Part shown: positions 41,041 to 52,507 of the stretch, in pieces | Layout: the number at the start of each line of letters is the position of its first letter | How positions within the stretch are numbered: the stretch's first letter is position 1 | Assembly: GCA_965222375.1 (NCBI GenBank) | Contig: CBDCTZ010000012.1 | Location: forward strand, 384,001-448,000 | Source: Polyangiaceae bacterium | GTDB taxonomy: Bacteria; Myxococcota_A; Polyangia; Polyangiales; Polyangiaceae | DNA length: 64,000 bases | Direction of reading: 5' to 3' | Notes under the pieces: generated by a model | The model's database searches: none | Seen by the model: only the letters and a program-made list of their open reading frames with translations | Told to the model about the DNA's origin: nothing | Position numbers and translations under genes: made by a program

Positions 41041-42540
41041 ATGAAGACCTGGCATGTCTTGGGGATCGGACTCGCACTCTTGGCTGCTTGCGGCGAGGAC
41101 GATTCCGGCGGGGGTGGCGGGGCGGGAACCGGCGGCTCCAGCACGGGCGGCAATGCCACCGGCGGTTCGAACACCGGCGGCTCGAATACCGGCGGCTCGA
41201 ACACTGGCGGCTCGAATACCGGAGGAACAGGTGGCGGGGTCGACGCGAGCGCAGGCACGGGTGGCGTGGACGCGAGCGCGGGCGGCACTGGAGGCGCCAC
41301 GACCGGTGGTGCGGGCGGCACGGGGGGCGGCGCTGGCGTCGACGCGGGTTGTGTTCAGATCGGCACGGGTGGCACCGGGGTGCAGTGGAACAACCCGTTC
41401 GGTACTCCCAAGAACGATCGCGCCCTGGGCGTGGCGACGGATGCTTCGGACAACGTCTTCATATCTGGCAACACGTCCGGGGATCTGGGCAAGCCCTTTA
41501 CGGGGCTCTACTCGGATGCCTATCTTCGCAAGGTGTCGCCGACCGGTGGCCACCTGTGGACCCACCAGTTCGGTTCGTCCAGCACCGATGCGGCCTATGC
41601 GACGGTCGTCGATGTCAAAGGGAAGCTGGTGGTCGGCGGCGTCACCGCTGGGGCTTTTGGCGGCCCCTACAAAGGCAAGTTCGATGGCTTCGTGCGAAAG
41701 CTTGCGGACGGCGTCAGCGCCCCCACTGTCGAGTGGACCCATCAGTTTGGCAGCGTCGAGGACGACTACGTCTTGGATCTGGCCACGGACCAGAGCGAAA
41801 GGATTATCGCAGTGGGGCGGACTCTGGGTTCGCTGCTATCCGTGGACGGCGGCACGTCGGACGCCGGCGCCCTCGGGGGAAGTGATGCGCTGGTGCGCGT
41901 GATCGACAAGGCGGGTACGGAAGTCTGGACCAAGCAATACGGAACCAGCAAGAACGACCAGGCCTACACGGTCGCCACTGACGTCGTCGGAGGCATCTAC
42001 ATTGCGGGCTACACCCAGGGTGACTTCTTTGGCCCGAATCAAGGCGGCTGGGACGCTTACCTGGCCAAGCTGGACGGTTCTGGCAAGGTGCTGTGGGGCA
42101 AGCAGATGGGCGGCGGCGGCACAGACTTCTTCATCGACATTGCTGTCCACTACGTCAAGGGCGAGATCTACGCCGTGGGTCAATCAAGCAAGCAGCTGGG
42201 CTGTCAGCCGCTGGTCGGCGGAGCCAACTATGTGGTCAAGTTCGATGCCTCGGGTACGATTCTGTGGGCGACTCAGCTTGCCGCAACCAGCCAAGTGAAG
42301 ACCATCGTGCTGGGCGGCGGTGGATTGTACGCAGGGGGCCGGGACGCTACGAAAGCCTCCTTCGTGACCAAGCTCGATCCCGCCACGGGCAATGTGCTCT
42401 GGACTCAGCAGCTACAGAACACAGTGGACCTAGATGATGTCGAGAGCCTGGCGGTGGACCTGAAGAAGAACGTGTTGGCGGTCGGTTTCCACGACAAATT
42501 GAACGACAACCACGCTTTTGTGGCCAAGCTGTCGCCCTGA
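41041..42540 (+). CDS. SBBP-type beta-propeller lipoprotein with TGGSN-repeat linker
   Basis: LAAC lipobox; repeats such as VATDASDNVFISGNT and WTHQFGS. Confidence 0.85.
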   Translation: MKTWHVLGIGLALLAACGEDDSGGGGGAGTGGSSTGGNATGGSNTGGSNTGGSNTGGSNTGGTGGGVDASAGTGGVDASAGGTGGATTGGAGGTGGGAGVDAGCVQIGTGGTGVQWNNPFGTPKNDRALGVATDASDNVFISGNTSGDLGKPFTGLYSDAYLRKVSPTGGHLWTHQFGSSSTDAAYATVVDVKGKLVVGGVTAGAFGGPYKGKFDGFVRKLADGVSAPTVEWTHQFGSVEDDYVLDLATDQSERIIAVGRTLGSLLSVDGGTSDAGALGGSDALVRVIDKAGTEVWTKQYGTSKNDQAYTVATDVVGGIYIAGYTQGDFFGPNQGGWDAYLAKLDGSGKVLWGKQMGGGGTDFFIDIAVHYVKGEIYAVGQSSKQLGCQPLVGGANYVVKFDASGTILWATQLAATSQVKTIVLGGGGLYAGGRDATKASFVTKLDPATGNVLWTQQLQNTVDLDDVESLAVDLKKNVLAVGFHDKLNDNHAFVAKLSP

Positions 42541-42674
42541 CGCTGTCGCTCGAGTCAGCCGCCCTGCTGATTCAGGCACTCTGCACGGGTGGTGATGGAT
42601 GCGGCGCACCAAGCATCACAGTCCACGGCGGTAAGGCACTTCTTTAAACAAGGCTTGACCTTCCAAGCGTCACG

Positions 42675-42811
42675 GTCAGCGCGCTGGCTTCGACGGACAG
42701 AAACGTCTTGCCCGCAGCTTCGAGTGCGCTAACGTCGGCGCCGGAAAGCTTGCGGTAGGGCGAGGTGTCCGGTCCGAGGGGGAGCAGCTCTTGGTGTTGG
42801 AACTCAGCCAT
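42675..42811 (-). pseudogene. 5' stub of a second fumarate hydratase copy (about 46 codons)
   Basis: [23 protein letters not shown]... is collinear with 38193-38329. Confidence 0.9.
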
Positions 42812-42851
42812 CTGTATCGTCCTGTCCGCGGAGCATGCCACAATCTGCGCC

Positions 42852-43955
42852 GTGCGTTTTTTTGCCACGGCTCCGAAGGGAACCGAGACGGTCCTGTTCC
42901 AGGAGCTGAGCGAACTGTCCGCCCCACGTGCGCGGCAGCGCCCGGGTGGCGTCGAGTTTGCGGGACGCTTTGCGGATGCCTACCGCGTGTGTTTGCACAG
43001 CCGAATCGCGGGGCGGGTGTTGTGGACCTTGGAGGAGTTTAGGGTCAGGGGTGAGGCGGACTTGTACGCTGCCGTGCGCGAGCTGGAATGGGAAGCGCAC
43101 ATCGACGCGTCGCGCACCCTGGCGGTGCGTGCGGTGGGCACGGCGCCGGGGCTCGAGCATACGAACTTCGTGGCGCAACGCACCAAGGACGCCATCGTGG
43201 ACCGACTGCGGGACAACACGGGAGCGCGGCCCAATGTGGATCGAGAGGATCCGGACGCGTCCATCTTCGTGCGGCTACATCGTGGGCGCGCGACGCTGTC
43301 ATTGGATCTCGCTGGGGAGTCGTTGCATCGCCGCGGCGCTCGGAGGGCGACGGGTGCAGCGCCAATCAAAGAGAATGTGGCGGCGGCGATGGTGCGTTTG
43401 AGCGGCTGGGATCGCAAGACGCCCTTCGTGGACGTGATGTGCGGCGTGGGCACCTTGTGCGTCGAAGCTGATCTCTGGGCGCGGGATGTCGCGCCGGGCT
43501 TGTCGCGCCGGCGCTTCGGTTTTCAGCGTTGGCTGTCGCACGAACGCCGCTTCGCCAAGGACTTCGACCGCCTCAAGGCAAAGGCGCGTGCGCAGATCCG
43601 CGCCGAGGGACCCGAGGTGCGCGGCTTCGATGCCGATCCGCACGTGATCGAGGCGGCTCGGGAGCATGCGACGGCTGCGGATGCGCGCGCGCGCTTTGGT
43701 GTCATGAAGGTAGCGGGGTTTTCCGGCACGACGCCACCGGGCACGTTGTGCAGCAACACGCCCTACGGTGAGCGCCTCGCCGTGGAGCCCGAGCTATGGC
43801 GCGGCATGGAAGCAGCGCTGGCGGCGCTCGCGCCGGGCCATCGCATTGCGCTCTTGCTCGGGCCGAACTCGGAAATGCGCGTCCCCGCATTCGCCACGAG
43901 CCACGCGCTGTACAACGGCGCCCTGGAGTGTCGCTTGGCGCGCTGGGTGACCTAG
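42852..43955 (+). CDS. THUMP-domain class I SAM-dependent RNA methyltransferase (RlmL-like)
   Basis: [47 protein letters not shown](T)PYGER. Confidence 0.88.
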   Translation: MRFFATAPKGTETVLFQELSELSAPRARQRPGGVEFAGRFADAYRVCLHSRIAGRVLWTLEEFRVRGEADLYAAVRELEWEAHIDASRTLAVRAVGTAPGLEHTNFVAQRTKDAIVDRLRDNTGARPNVDREDPDASIFVRLHRGRATLSLDLAGESLHRRGARRATGAAPIKENVAAAMVRLSGWDRKTPFVDVMCGVGTLCVEADLWARDVAPGLSRRRFGFQRWLSHERRFAKDFDRLKAKARAQIRAEGPEVRGFDADPHVIEAAREHATAADARARFGVMKVAGFSGTTPPGTLCSNTPYGERLAVEPELWRGMEAALAALAPGHRIALLLGPNSEMRVPAFATSHALYNGALECRLARWVT

Positions 43956-43982
43956 TCGAATCGCGCAGCTCGGCGTTTCAGC

Positions 43983-44528
43983 CTACAGGCCGGTGAACGC
44001 CGTTGGGGTACTGGTTGCGGGGAGGAAGAAGAGAGTCGAGCCGACCGATCCGAGATCGGTGTGGTAGCTCAGCTCGCAACCATTCTTGCTGGACTTGCTC
44101 TGCTCCAGGGCGTTCTGGATGTGAAACGTCAGCTTGGTGCCCTGCGCACTCTCCAGGACGAAGTTCCACGGTGCGCCGGTCCAATCGCAATTCTCGGGAT
44201 CACCGTCAGTCTGGAAGCTGATGTTGCAGTGCTCGTCGTCCACGACGACCTCGTAGGCGCTACCGGCAGTCCAGAGATCCTTCGCCTTGGCCCCTATCGC
44301 CGTGGCTCGCAGCGAATACGTGCCTGCGGCCTTGGACCAGGCAGTGCGCTCCGATCCGGTTGGACACACTCCGCCGGGACCGCCACCCGTGCCGCCGGCC
44401 CCGCCGCCGCCGCTACCGCCGACGCCGCTACCACCGCTGCCCGGCCCAACGGACGGCCGAGAGCCGCCATCATCGCCACAGCCGGTGAGCAGAAGGAGTA
44501 GGCCGAGGGATGCCGGGAGCGAATTCAT
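43983..44528 (-). CDS. Small lipoprotein with Gly linker
   Basis: LTGC lipobox. Confidence 0.75.
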   Translation of the reverse strand: MNSLPASLGLLLLLTGCGDDGGSRPSVGPGSGGSGVGGSGGGGAGGTGGGPGGVCPTGSERTAWSKAAGTYSLRATAIGAKAKDLWTAGSAYEVVVDDEHCNISFQTDGDPENCDWTGAPWNFVLESAQGTKLTFHIQNALEQSKSSKNGCELSYHTDLGSVGSTLFFLPATSTPTAFTGL

Positions 44529-44661
44529 TGGTCACACCGCGGTGGGGAAGTGCGCTCACCCGGCACGGACCCAAGGATACAGACGCCGGCGGCGGGTGGC
44601 AAAGGGGCAGTGGGTTGCGCGTTGAGCGCCACGACCCCAACCAAGACCAACGCCAGCTAGC

Positions 44662-45318
44662 TCAGTCGCGTCGCGATTTCGGACGGATCGCACCGGGCGG
44701 TGGCGTCGGCGTTCGCGTGAGCTTCGCAACCGGGTCGCGTCCTTCGAGTGCCCGCTTCACGTAGGCCAATTGGTCGCTGCCCCAAAACAAGTCCGGCCCC
44801 ACGGTGAAGGTGGGTACGCCGAATACGCCGCGCTCAATCGCAGCTTCGGTCTCCGAGCGCAGCGCGGCTTTGACCTCGCCCTCCTGAGTGCGCGCGGTCA
44901 GCGCCTCGCCGTCGAAACCCGCTTCGTCCAAGACCCGAGCGACGGCTTCTACACTGTCTACGGGCGCCGCGTGCATCCAGGTGGCGCTGAATAGGGCATC
45001 GATCACTTCCAGCTGCGCCTCTCCGGCGACCACGGCCAGACTGACACGCAGTGCTGCCAGCGGATTGAAGGGATGCACCACCGGTGGGCGCATGGCCACG
45101 CCAGCGTCCACGGCACGGCGCGTGACGTCTTGGAATACGAAGCGGCGCTTGGGACCGATCTCCGCCGGGCCGAGCTGCCCATGGTGATCGAGCAGGCCGG
45201 CAAAGAGGATCGGGCGGGGCACGACCGTGAAGCCCGGATCTTTGCGGCGCAGTTCGCACCACGCCAGGTAGGCGTAGGGCGAGATGAAGTCGAAATAGAA
45301 ATCCACCCCTTGCGGCAT
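44662..45318 (-). CDS. DsbA/kappa-GST (HCCA isomerase-like) protein
   Basis: DFYFDFISPYAYL; RGVFGVPTF; FWGSDQL. Confidence 0.88.
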   Translation of the reverse strand: MPQGVDFYFDFISPYAYLAWCELRRKDPGFTVVPRPILFAGLLDHHGQLGPAEIGPKRRFVFQDVTRRAVDAGVAMRPPVVHPFNPLAALRVSLAVVAGEAQLEVIDALFSATWMHAAPVDSVEAVARVLDEAGFDGEALTARTQEGEVKAALRSETEAAIERGVFGVPTFTVGPDLFWGSDQLAYVKRALEGRDPVAKLTRTPTPPPGAIRPKSRRD

Positions 45319-45397
45319 GACTAGAGTCGTGCCGCTTCTTCGGTCACGCGTAAAGAGGGCAGGGCGCTGCCGACTTCGTGCCACAATCCGGCCCGCC

Positions 45398-46733
45398 ATG
45401 GCTGAGGCAGATGTAGTGGTGATTGGTGCAGGGCTCTCGGGCCTGTCGGCAGCCTCCCGGCTGACGCGCGCAGGCCTTTCCGTGGTCGTGCTCGAGGCCC
45501 GGGACCGAGTTGGCGGGCGGCTGCTGTCCCAGAGCGTGGGACAGGGAGTGTTCGACTTGGGTGGTCAGTGGGCAGCGCCGGGTGAATCAGCTGATCGCCG
45601 ACGCTGGGCTTGCGACCTTCGCCACCTTCGACACCGGGCGGAAGCTGATCAGCGTGCGGGGCGAGCTCAAGAAGTATTCGGGGACGATCCCCAAGCTGGG
45701 GCCCTTGGAACTTATCGAGCTGCACGGCGCGCTGCGGCAAGTGGAGCGCATGCGAAAGAAGGTCAGCCCAAGTACACCGTGGAAGCACCGCGACGCGCGA
45801 CGGCTCGATGGCATTAGCGTGGAGGCGGCGATTGGCGACAGCCTGCAGCGCCCAGGCTCTCGCGCGTCCTTCGATGCCGCTGTGCGCACGGTATTTGGCG
45901 CCGAAGCGGCTGAGCTGTCCATGCTGCAGTTTCTATCCTACGTGAACGGTGGCGGCGGGTTGATGAACTTGGTGAGCGTTTCCGGAGGCGCACAACAAGA
46001 TCGAATCGTCGGTGGGGCGCAGCGCTTGGCGACTGAATTGGCGAAGGGGCTGGACGACGTGCAGCTTTCGGTGCCCGTGTCGTCGGTGCGACACGAGGAG
46101 GCCGGGCTCAGAGTCGAGCATGCCAAGGGAGAGCTGACGGCGCGCCACCTGATCGTCGCGATCCCGCCCAACCTCGTCGATCGCATTGCCTTCGAACCCG
46201 CGCTGCCTGCCGACAAGCGCCACGCCTTGCGCCGTTCGCCGATGGGGTCGACGATCAAGGTGTTGGTCACCTACGAGCGCGCGTTCTGGCGGGAGCGGGG
46301 ATTGTCTGGCGAAGCGGTCAGCGACGCGCCGCCCTTCGCCGTGGTGTTCGACAACAGCGACCGCGAGGCGCAGCCGGCACTGCTCGGATTTGTCGTCGGT
46401 CAGCCCGCTCGGGACTTCGCGCTGCTGCCCGAGGCGCGCCGGCGCTCTGTGGCCATCGCCGAATTGTGTCGGATGTTCGGGCCCGACGCCGCCAGCGTCG
46501 TCGACTACATCGAACACGACTGGTCTCAGGAGGAGTGGACGGGGGGATGCCCCGTAGCGTCGCCGCAGCCCGGGGTCCTGTCTCTCAATGGCGGCGCTCT
46601 GCGTAGCCGGGCCGGGCGGATCAGCTTTGCGGGAACCGAGTTCGCCCGTGAGTACTGCGGCTACATGGAGGGTGCGTTGGAAGCCGCGGAGCGAGCCGCG
46701 ACGGAAGCGCTGCTAGCCCTCGCTGCGCGTTGA
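45398..46733 (+). pseudogene. Flavin monoamine oxidase family gene with a frameshift near 45572
   Basis: GAGLSG/LEARDRVGGR/DLGGQW in one frame, QRRVNQLI...GYMEGALEA in another. Confidence 0.8.
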
Positions 46734-46766
46734 CGAAAGGCGCGCCAGCGCCGGAGCCACGCGGGC

Positions 46767-46795
46767 TTGATAACTGAGCCTGTGTTCAGTATCTT
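46767..46795 (+). promoter_or_regulatory. Sigma70 promoter (TTGATA-17-TATCTT) with a LexA-like box CTGAGCCTGTGTTCAG in the spacer
   Basis: Read directly; 14/17 match to the Myxococcus LexA consensus CTRHAMRYBYGTTCAGS as recalled. Confidence 0.7.
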
Positions 46796-46801
46796 CCGCG
46801 G

Positions 46802-47833
46802 GTGCGCCAGCTGCCTGACGAAAACCCGCTCAAGCGCTTTTCTGCCCAACACGTGGAGTACTTTGGGACGCCGCCGCCTCGGGATTTGACCATCTACGAG
46901 GACGAGAGCGAGAGCGTGCTGAGTGAAAACAGCAGTCCGGATCTCGCGTTTCGCTACAGCCTCAACCCCTACCGCGGCTGCGTGCATGGCTGCGCCTACT
47001 GCTATGCGCGCCCCAGCCATGAGTATTGGGGGTTTGGGATTGGGGCGGATTTCGAGCGCCGTATCGTCGTCAAGCCACGGGCTCCAGCACTCCTGCGCGC
47101 AAAGTTCGAGAAGAAGTCGTGGCAGGGCGAACTTGTCGTGCTCAGCGGCAACACGGATTGCTACCAACCGCTCGAGCTCGAGCATCAGCTCACTCGCGGC
47201 TGTTTGGAAGTGATGGCGGAATACCGCAACCCGGTGGGCATCATCACGAAGAGCGCCCTGATCGAGCGGGATCTCGATCTGCTAGAATGCCTGGACGACA
47301 CGTCATCCCTGAGCGTTGCCATCAGCATTCCGTTTTGGGACGAAGCCGTGGCTCGGGCCATGGAGCCCTACGTGCCGACGCCCAAGCGACGCATCGAGAC
47401 GATCCGTCGCCTGGCTGAACGCGGCATCGAAGTGACGGTGATGGTGGCTCCAATCATCCCCGGACTATCGGATCGGGACATGCCAGCGATTCTGGAGCGG
47501 GCGGCGGGCGCCGGAGCAGCGCGGGCTTGTTACACCATGTTGCGCCTCCCGCACGGGGTGAAGGATGTGTTCCAGCAGAGGCTGGAGCAGCACTTGCCGT
47601 TGGCCAAGGAAAAGGTACTCGCGCGTACCCGCGAGGTGCGCGACGGCAAGCTCCACGAGGGGGAGTTCTTCACGCGTATGCGGGGCCAAGGTCGCTACGC
47701 GGATAGCGTAGGTGAGCTGTTTCGACAGGCGGCCAGGCGCTTGGGGCTATTGCCCGACGAGCCTGGCGATTCTCGGCCGAGAACCTTTCGACGCCCCACG
47801 GACGCCGGCGGGCAGATGCGCCTTTTCGGCTGA
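46802..47833 (+). CDS. SPL-like (PA0069/Rv2578c family) radical SAM protein
   Basis: NPYRGCVHGCAYCYARP, SGNTDCYQPLE, IITKS; C-terminal QMRLF. Confidence 0.9.
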   Translation: MRQLPDENPLKRFSAQHVEYFGTPPPRDLTIYEDESESVLSENSSPDLAFRYSLNPYRGCVHGCAYCYARPSHEYWGFGIGADFERRIVVKPRAPALLRAKFEKKSWQGELVVLSGNTDCYQPLELEHQLTRGCLEVMAEYRNPVGIITKSALIERDLDLLECLDDTSSLSVAISIPFWDEAVARAMEPYVPTPKRRIETIRRLAERGIEVTVMVAPIIPGLSDRDMPAILERAAGAGAARACYTMLRLPHGVKDVFQQRLEQHLPLAKEKVLARTREVRDGKLHEGEFFTRMRGQGRYADSVGELFRQAARRLGLLPDEPGDSRPRTFRRPTDAGGQMRLFG

Positions 47834-47891
47834 GCATGGTCGCCTTGGGGCGTGACTGCCAGGGGCCGGGTGCAAGGTGTAGACTGCGCGC

Positions 47892-49421
47892 ATGGCTGAA
47901 AAAGCGCACCCGGACAAGACCCACGTGTTGATCGTGGGCACGGGCTTTGCGGGGTTGGGTACGGCGATCCGTTTGAAGCAGGCGGGCTTTGACGATTTTG
48001 TCTTGCTCGAAGCGGCTTCGGAAGTCGGGGGAACTTGGCGAGACAACCACTACCCAGGCGCGGCCTGTGATGTGGAGTCGCATTTGTACTCCTTTTCGTT
48101 TCGGCCCAAGCCCAACTGGTCGCGTATGTTCGCGCCTCAGTCCGAAATCCTGGAGTACACCTACGAGTGCCTCGACGCCTACGGCCTGCGACCCTACGTG
48201 CGCCTCGACTCTCGAGTGAGTTGTGCAATCTTCGACGAGGACTCTCAGCGCTGGTTGGTCGAGACCGAATCTGGCGACCGCTACGACGCTTCCGTGATCG
48301 TGTCGGGCACCGGCCTGCTGAGCCGCCCGAGCAAGCCGGAAATCGACGGTTTGGACAGCTTCGCGGGCGCGACCATTCATTCGGCCCAGTGGCTGGATGA
48401 CTACGACTTTGCCGACAAGCGCGTCGGCGTGATCGGTACCGGCGCCAGCGCGATTCAGATCGTGCCAGAGCTAGCGCCCGCGGCGGCCCAGCTCAGTGTT
48501 TTTCAGCGCACGCCGCCCTGGATTCTGCCGCGCAGGGATCGCAACATTCGCGGCTGGGAGCAAGCGCTATTCCGCCGCATACCTGCGACGCAGCAGCTAG
48601 CGCGCAAGATCATCTATCTGAAGCGGGAGCTCTTGGCGCTGGGCTTCGTGGGGGACAAGCGCGTCCTTCAAATCGCCGAGGCCGTGGCGCGCGCGTTTCT
48701 GAAGAGGAGCGTACCGGATCCCGAACTGCGGCGGCAGTTGACCCCCGACTACACCATCGGCTGCAAGCGAGTGCTGCTTTCGAACGACTATTACCCGACG
48801 CTGCAGCGATCGAACGTACAGCTGGTGACGGACCCCATCGACCGAATCGAGGCGCGGGGGATCGTGACCCGCTCCCGCAAGCTTCATGAGTTCGATGTGC
48901 TGGTGCTGGCAACGGGTTTCAACGCTGCCGAGGCCATGGCGCCTTTCGTCGTGCGTGGGAGGGGTGGCCGTCAGTTGAGCGTGGCGTGGCAGGGCGGCGC
49001 GGAGGCCTACCTCGGCTCGACGGTCAGCGGATTTCCGAACCTGTTCATGATCGCTGGTCCCAACACCGGGCTCGGTCACAGCTCGATGGTGTTCATGATC
49101 GAATCCCAGATCAGCTACATTTTGGATTGCCTCGAGCAGATGAGACAGCAGGGCATTGCCAGCGTCGATCTTCGGCCCGAGGTGCAGGCGGACTACAACC
49201 GGCGGCTTCACGCGCGGCTGGACAAGTCCGTGTGGGCCAGCGGCTGCAAGAGCTGGTACCAAACGCCCAGTGGCAAGAACACGACCCTGTGGCCGGGTTA
49301 CACCTTCGAGTTTTGGTGGCGCACTCGGCGATTCCACCTGGGGGACTACGCATTGGGCTTCGAGGGCCAAATCGCCGATCAGCCGCATTTTGAGCCTGGG
49401 CGTGAGGCGCTAAGTACCTGA
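47892..49421 (+). CDS. Flavin-containing (Baeyer-Villiger-type) monooxygenase
   Basis: GTGFAG, GGTWRDNHYPG, FAGATIHSAQW fingerprint, GTGASAIQ. Confidence 0.92.
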   Translation: MAEKAHPDKTHVLIVGTGFAGLGTAIRLKQAGFDDFVLLEAASEVGGTWRDNHYPGAACDVESHLYSFSFRPKPNWSRMFAPQSEILEYTYECLDAYGLRPYVRLDSRVSCAIFDEDSQRWLVETESGDRYDASVIVSGTGLLSRPSKPEIDGLDSFAGATIHSAQWLDDYDFADKRVGVIGTGASAIQIVPELAPAAAQLSVFQRTPPWILPRRDRNIRGWEQALFRRIPATQQLARKIIYLKRELLALGFVGDKRVLQIAEAVARAFLKRSVPDPELRRQLTPDYTIGCKRVLLSNDYYPTLQRSNVQLVTDPIDRIEARGIVTRSRKLHEFDVLVLATGFNAAEAMAPFVVRGRGGRQLSVAWQGGAEAYLGSTVSGFPNLFMIAGPNTGLGHSSMVFMIESQISYILDCLEQMRQQGIASVDLRPEVQADYNRRLHARLDKSVWASGCKSWYQTPSGKNTTLWPGYTFEFWWRTRRFHLGDYALGFEGQIADQPHFEPGREALST

Positions 49422-49435
49422 AATTGCGGAACTAA

Positions 49436-50977
<1,542 letters not shown>

Positions 50978-50984
50978 GGCAATC

Positions 50985-51548
50985 ATGACCGCACCGGAGA
51001 TCCTTCTCGAGGTCGTCACCCCCGAGGGCGTGGCGCTCACCGAGCACGTTCACGACCTGACTGCGCCCAGCGTGAAAGGTGAGTTCGGCGTGCTGCCTGG
51101 GCACCGCCCGCTGCTAGCGGCGCTGAAAACCGGTATCGTGACCTACCACCATGCCGGCGGGGACGAAGAGCGGGTCGCCGTGGGGTCCGGCTTTGTGGAG
51201 ATCATGGACGACCATGCGGTGCTGCTCACGGATCGCTTCATCAAGAAGGAGGACGTCGACCCGGTTCGGGCGCGGCTGAATCTCAAAGAAGCGGACGAGG
51301 AACTCGACAAGTTCGACGGTGATCCCGAGAGCGTGGAATACGCCGAGCTGGTCGCCCGAGAAGTCTGGGCTGCGACTCAGCTCGTGCTGTATGGCGATCC
51401 CCCGCCGCCCACCGTGCGTGGTGCCGAGCTCGGTCTTGCGCCCACCGAAACCTTCGTCGAAGAGGGGCTGCACCTCGCGGAGGCCATCGTGGACGAAGAG
51501 GCCGAAGTCGACGACAAGCTCGCCGAGCGCGACGCAGACAAGAAGTGA
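50985..51548 (+). CDS. atpC: F1Fo ATP synthase epsilon subunit with acidic C-terminal extension
   Basis: LEVVTPE, GEFGVLPGHRPLLAAL, VGSGFVEI; directly follows atpD. Confidence 0.9.
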   Translation: MTAPEILLEVVTPEGVALTEHVHDLTAPSVKGEFGVLPGHRPLLAALKTGIVTYHHAGGDEERVAVGSGFVEIMDDHAVLLTDRFIKKEDVDPVRARLNLKEADEELDKFDGDPESVEYAELVAREVWAATQLVLYGDPPPPTVRGAELGLAPTETFVEEGLHLAEAIVDEEAEVDDKLAERDADKK

Positions 51549-52318
51549 TGAGCCGGTCGGGGGATGGGCGCGTTGGCCAGGGTGGCGCCGGCGCCTGCCT
51601 GGTCGGTATCTCCGTTTCCCTGCTGATCGCGCAAAGCTGCGCGGGTCCACTTCCGAGTACTGCGCCGCTGGGGCTTGGGCCCTTGGCCAAGGCAGAAGCC
51701 GTGGAGCGCGAGAAGCGCGAAGCGGAGCGAGAAGCCGCGCTCGCTTCTGGCGATGCTGGCGCCGACGCCGCCGGCCCGAAGGCTCCTGGCGCGGCGAGCG
51801 GGACGGCTTCCGGGGCGGGAGGCGCTGACCCTGGGGCGGGCTCAGATGCCGGGGCCGCGACCGCGGCCGCGGCCGCCGAGGCCGGCACGGACACTTCCGA
51901 CAAGGCGCCGGCGGCCAAAGCAGTCTTCGCCGGCGTGTATGTCGGTGAAGATACGTCCCTGTTCAAGCTCAGCGGCTTGCCGGATCGATCTGAAGCGGAC
52001 TCCAATGCCAAGACTCGCGTAGAGGACCGCGCCGACGGCAATGTGAACATCATTCCGGTGGACAGTTCCAACGGTAAAGACATCTGCACTCTCGAAGCGG
52101 TGGTCAAGGACAAGACCAAGAAGCTTTTCGAGATCAAGCGAGGTCAGAGTTGCTTCGAGCCCGAGCAGGGCGGGATGAGCGGAACGATCCGAAAAGGCAG
52201 CGCCAAGTTCGACGGCGACAAGTTGACCTTCGATGTGGTCCTGGCCCTCGAGATCAATACCCCGAGCACTCAGCTGACGGGCACCCTCGAGTACCACTTC
52301 GAGGGCACACGCCCCTAG
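51545..52318 (+). CDS. Putative lipoprotein
   Basis: Hydrophobic segment ending AQSC; Ala/Gly linker; beta-rich C-terminal domain. Confidence 0.7.
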   Translation: MMSRSGDGRVGQGGAGACLVGISVSLLIAQSCAGPLPSTAPLGLGPLAKAEAVEREKREAEREAALASGDAGADAAGPKAPGAASGTASGAGGADPGAGSDAGAATAAAAAEAGTDTSDKAPAAKAVFAGVYVGEDTSLFKLSGLPDRSEADSNAKTRVEDRADGNVNIIPVDSSNGKDICTLEAVVKDKTKKLFEIKRGQSCFEPEQGGMSGTIRKGSAKFDGDKLTFDVVLALEINTPSTQLTGTLEYHFEGTRP

Positions 52319-52496
52319 CCCGGACTGCTCACGAGCGCTCTGCTGCGGCAGCCGATCCAACATCGTCTGCGGCGGTTTCCTCGCCTACGCTCCTCGACGT
52401 ATTGTCGATACGCCTGCGTCGCTCCAGCTGCGGGCCCACCACATCCGAAGCCGCCTCGGCCGCCTCGCTCTGAACTTCGTGACTAATCCGGGCTAG
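52315..52496. mobile_element. MITE-like non-autonomous element, about 180 bp, CTAG at both ends
   Basis: 19/22 inverted repeats: CCCTAGCCCGGACTGCTCACGA (52313-52334) and TCGTGACTAATCCGGGCTAGGG (52477-52498). Confidence 0.6.
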
Positions 52497-52507
52497 GGCT
52501 GGGTGAG

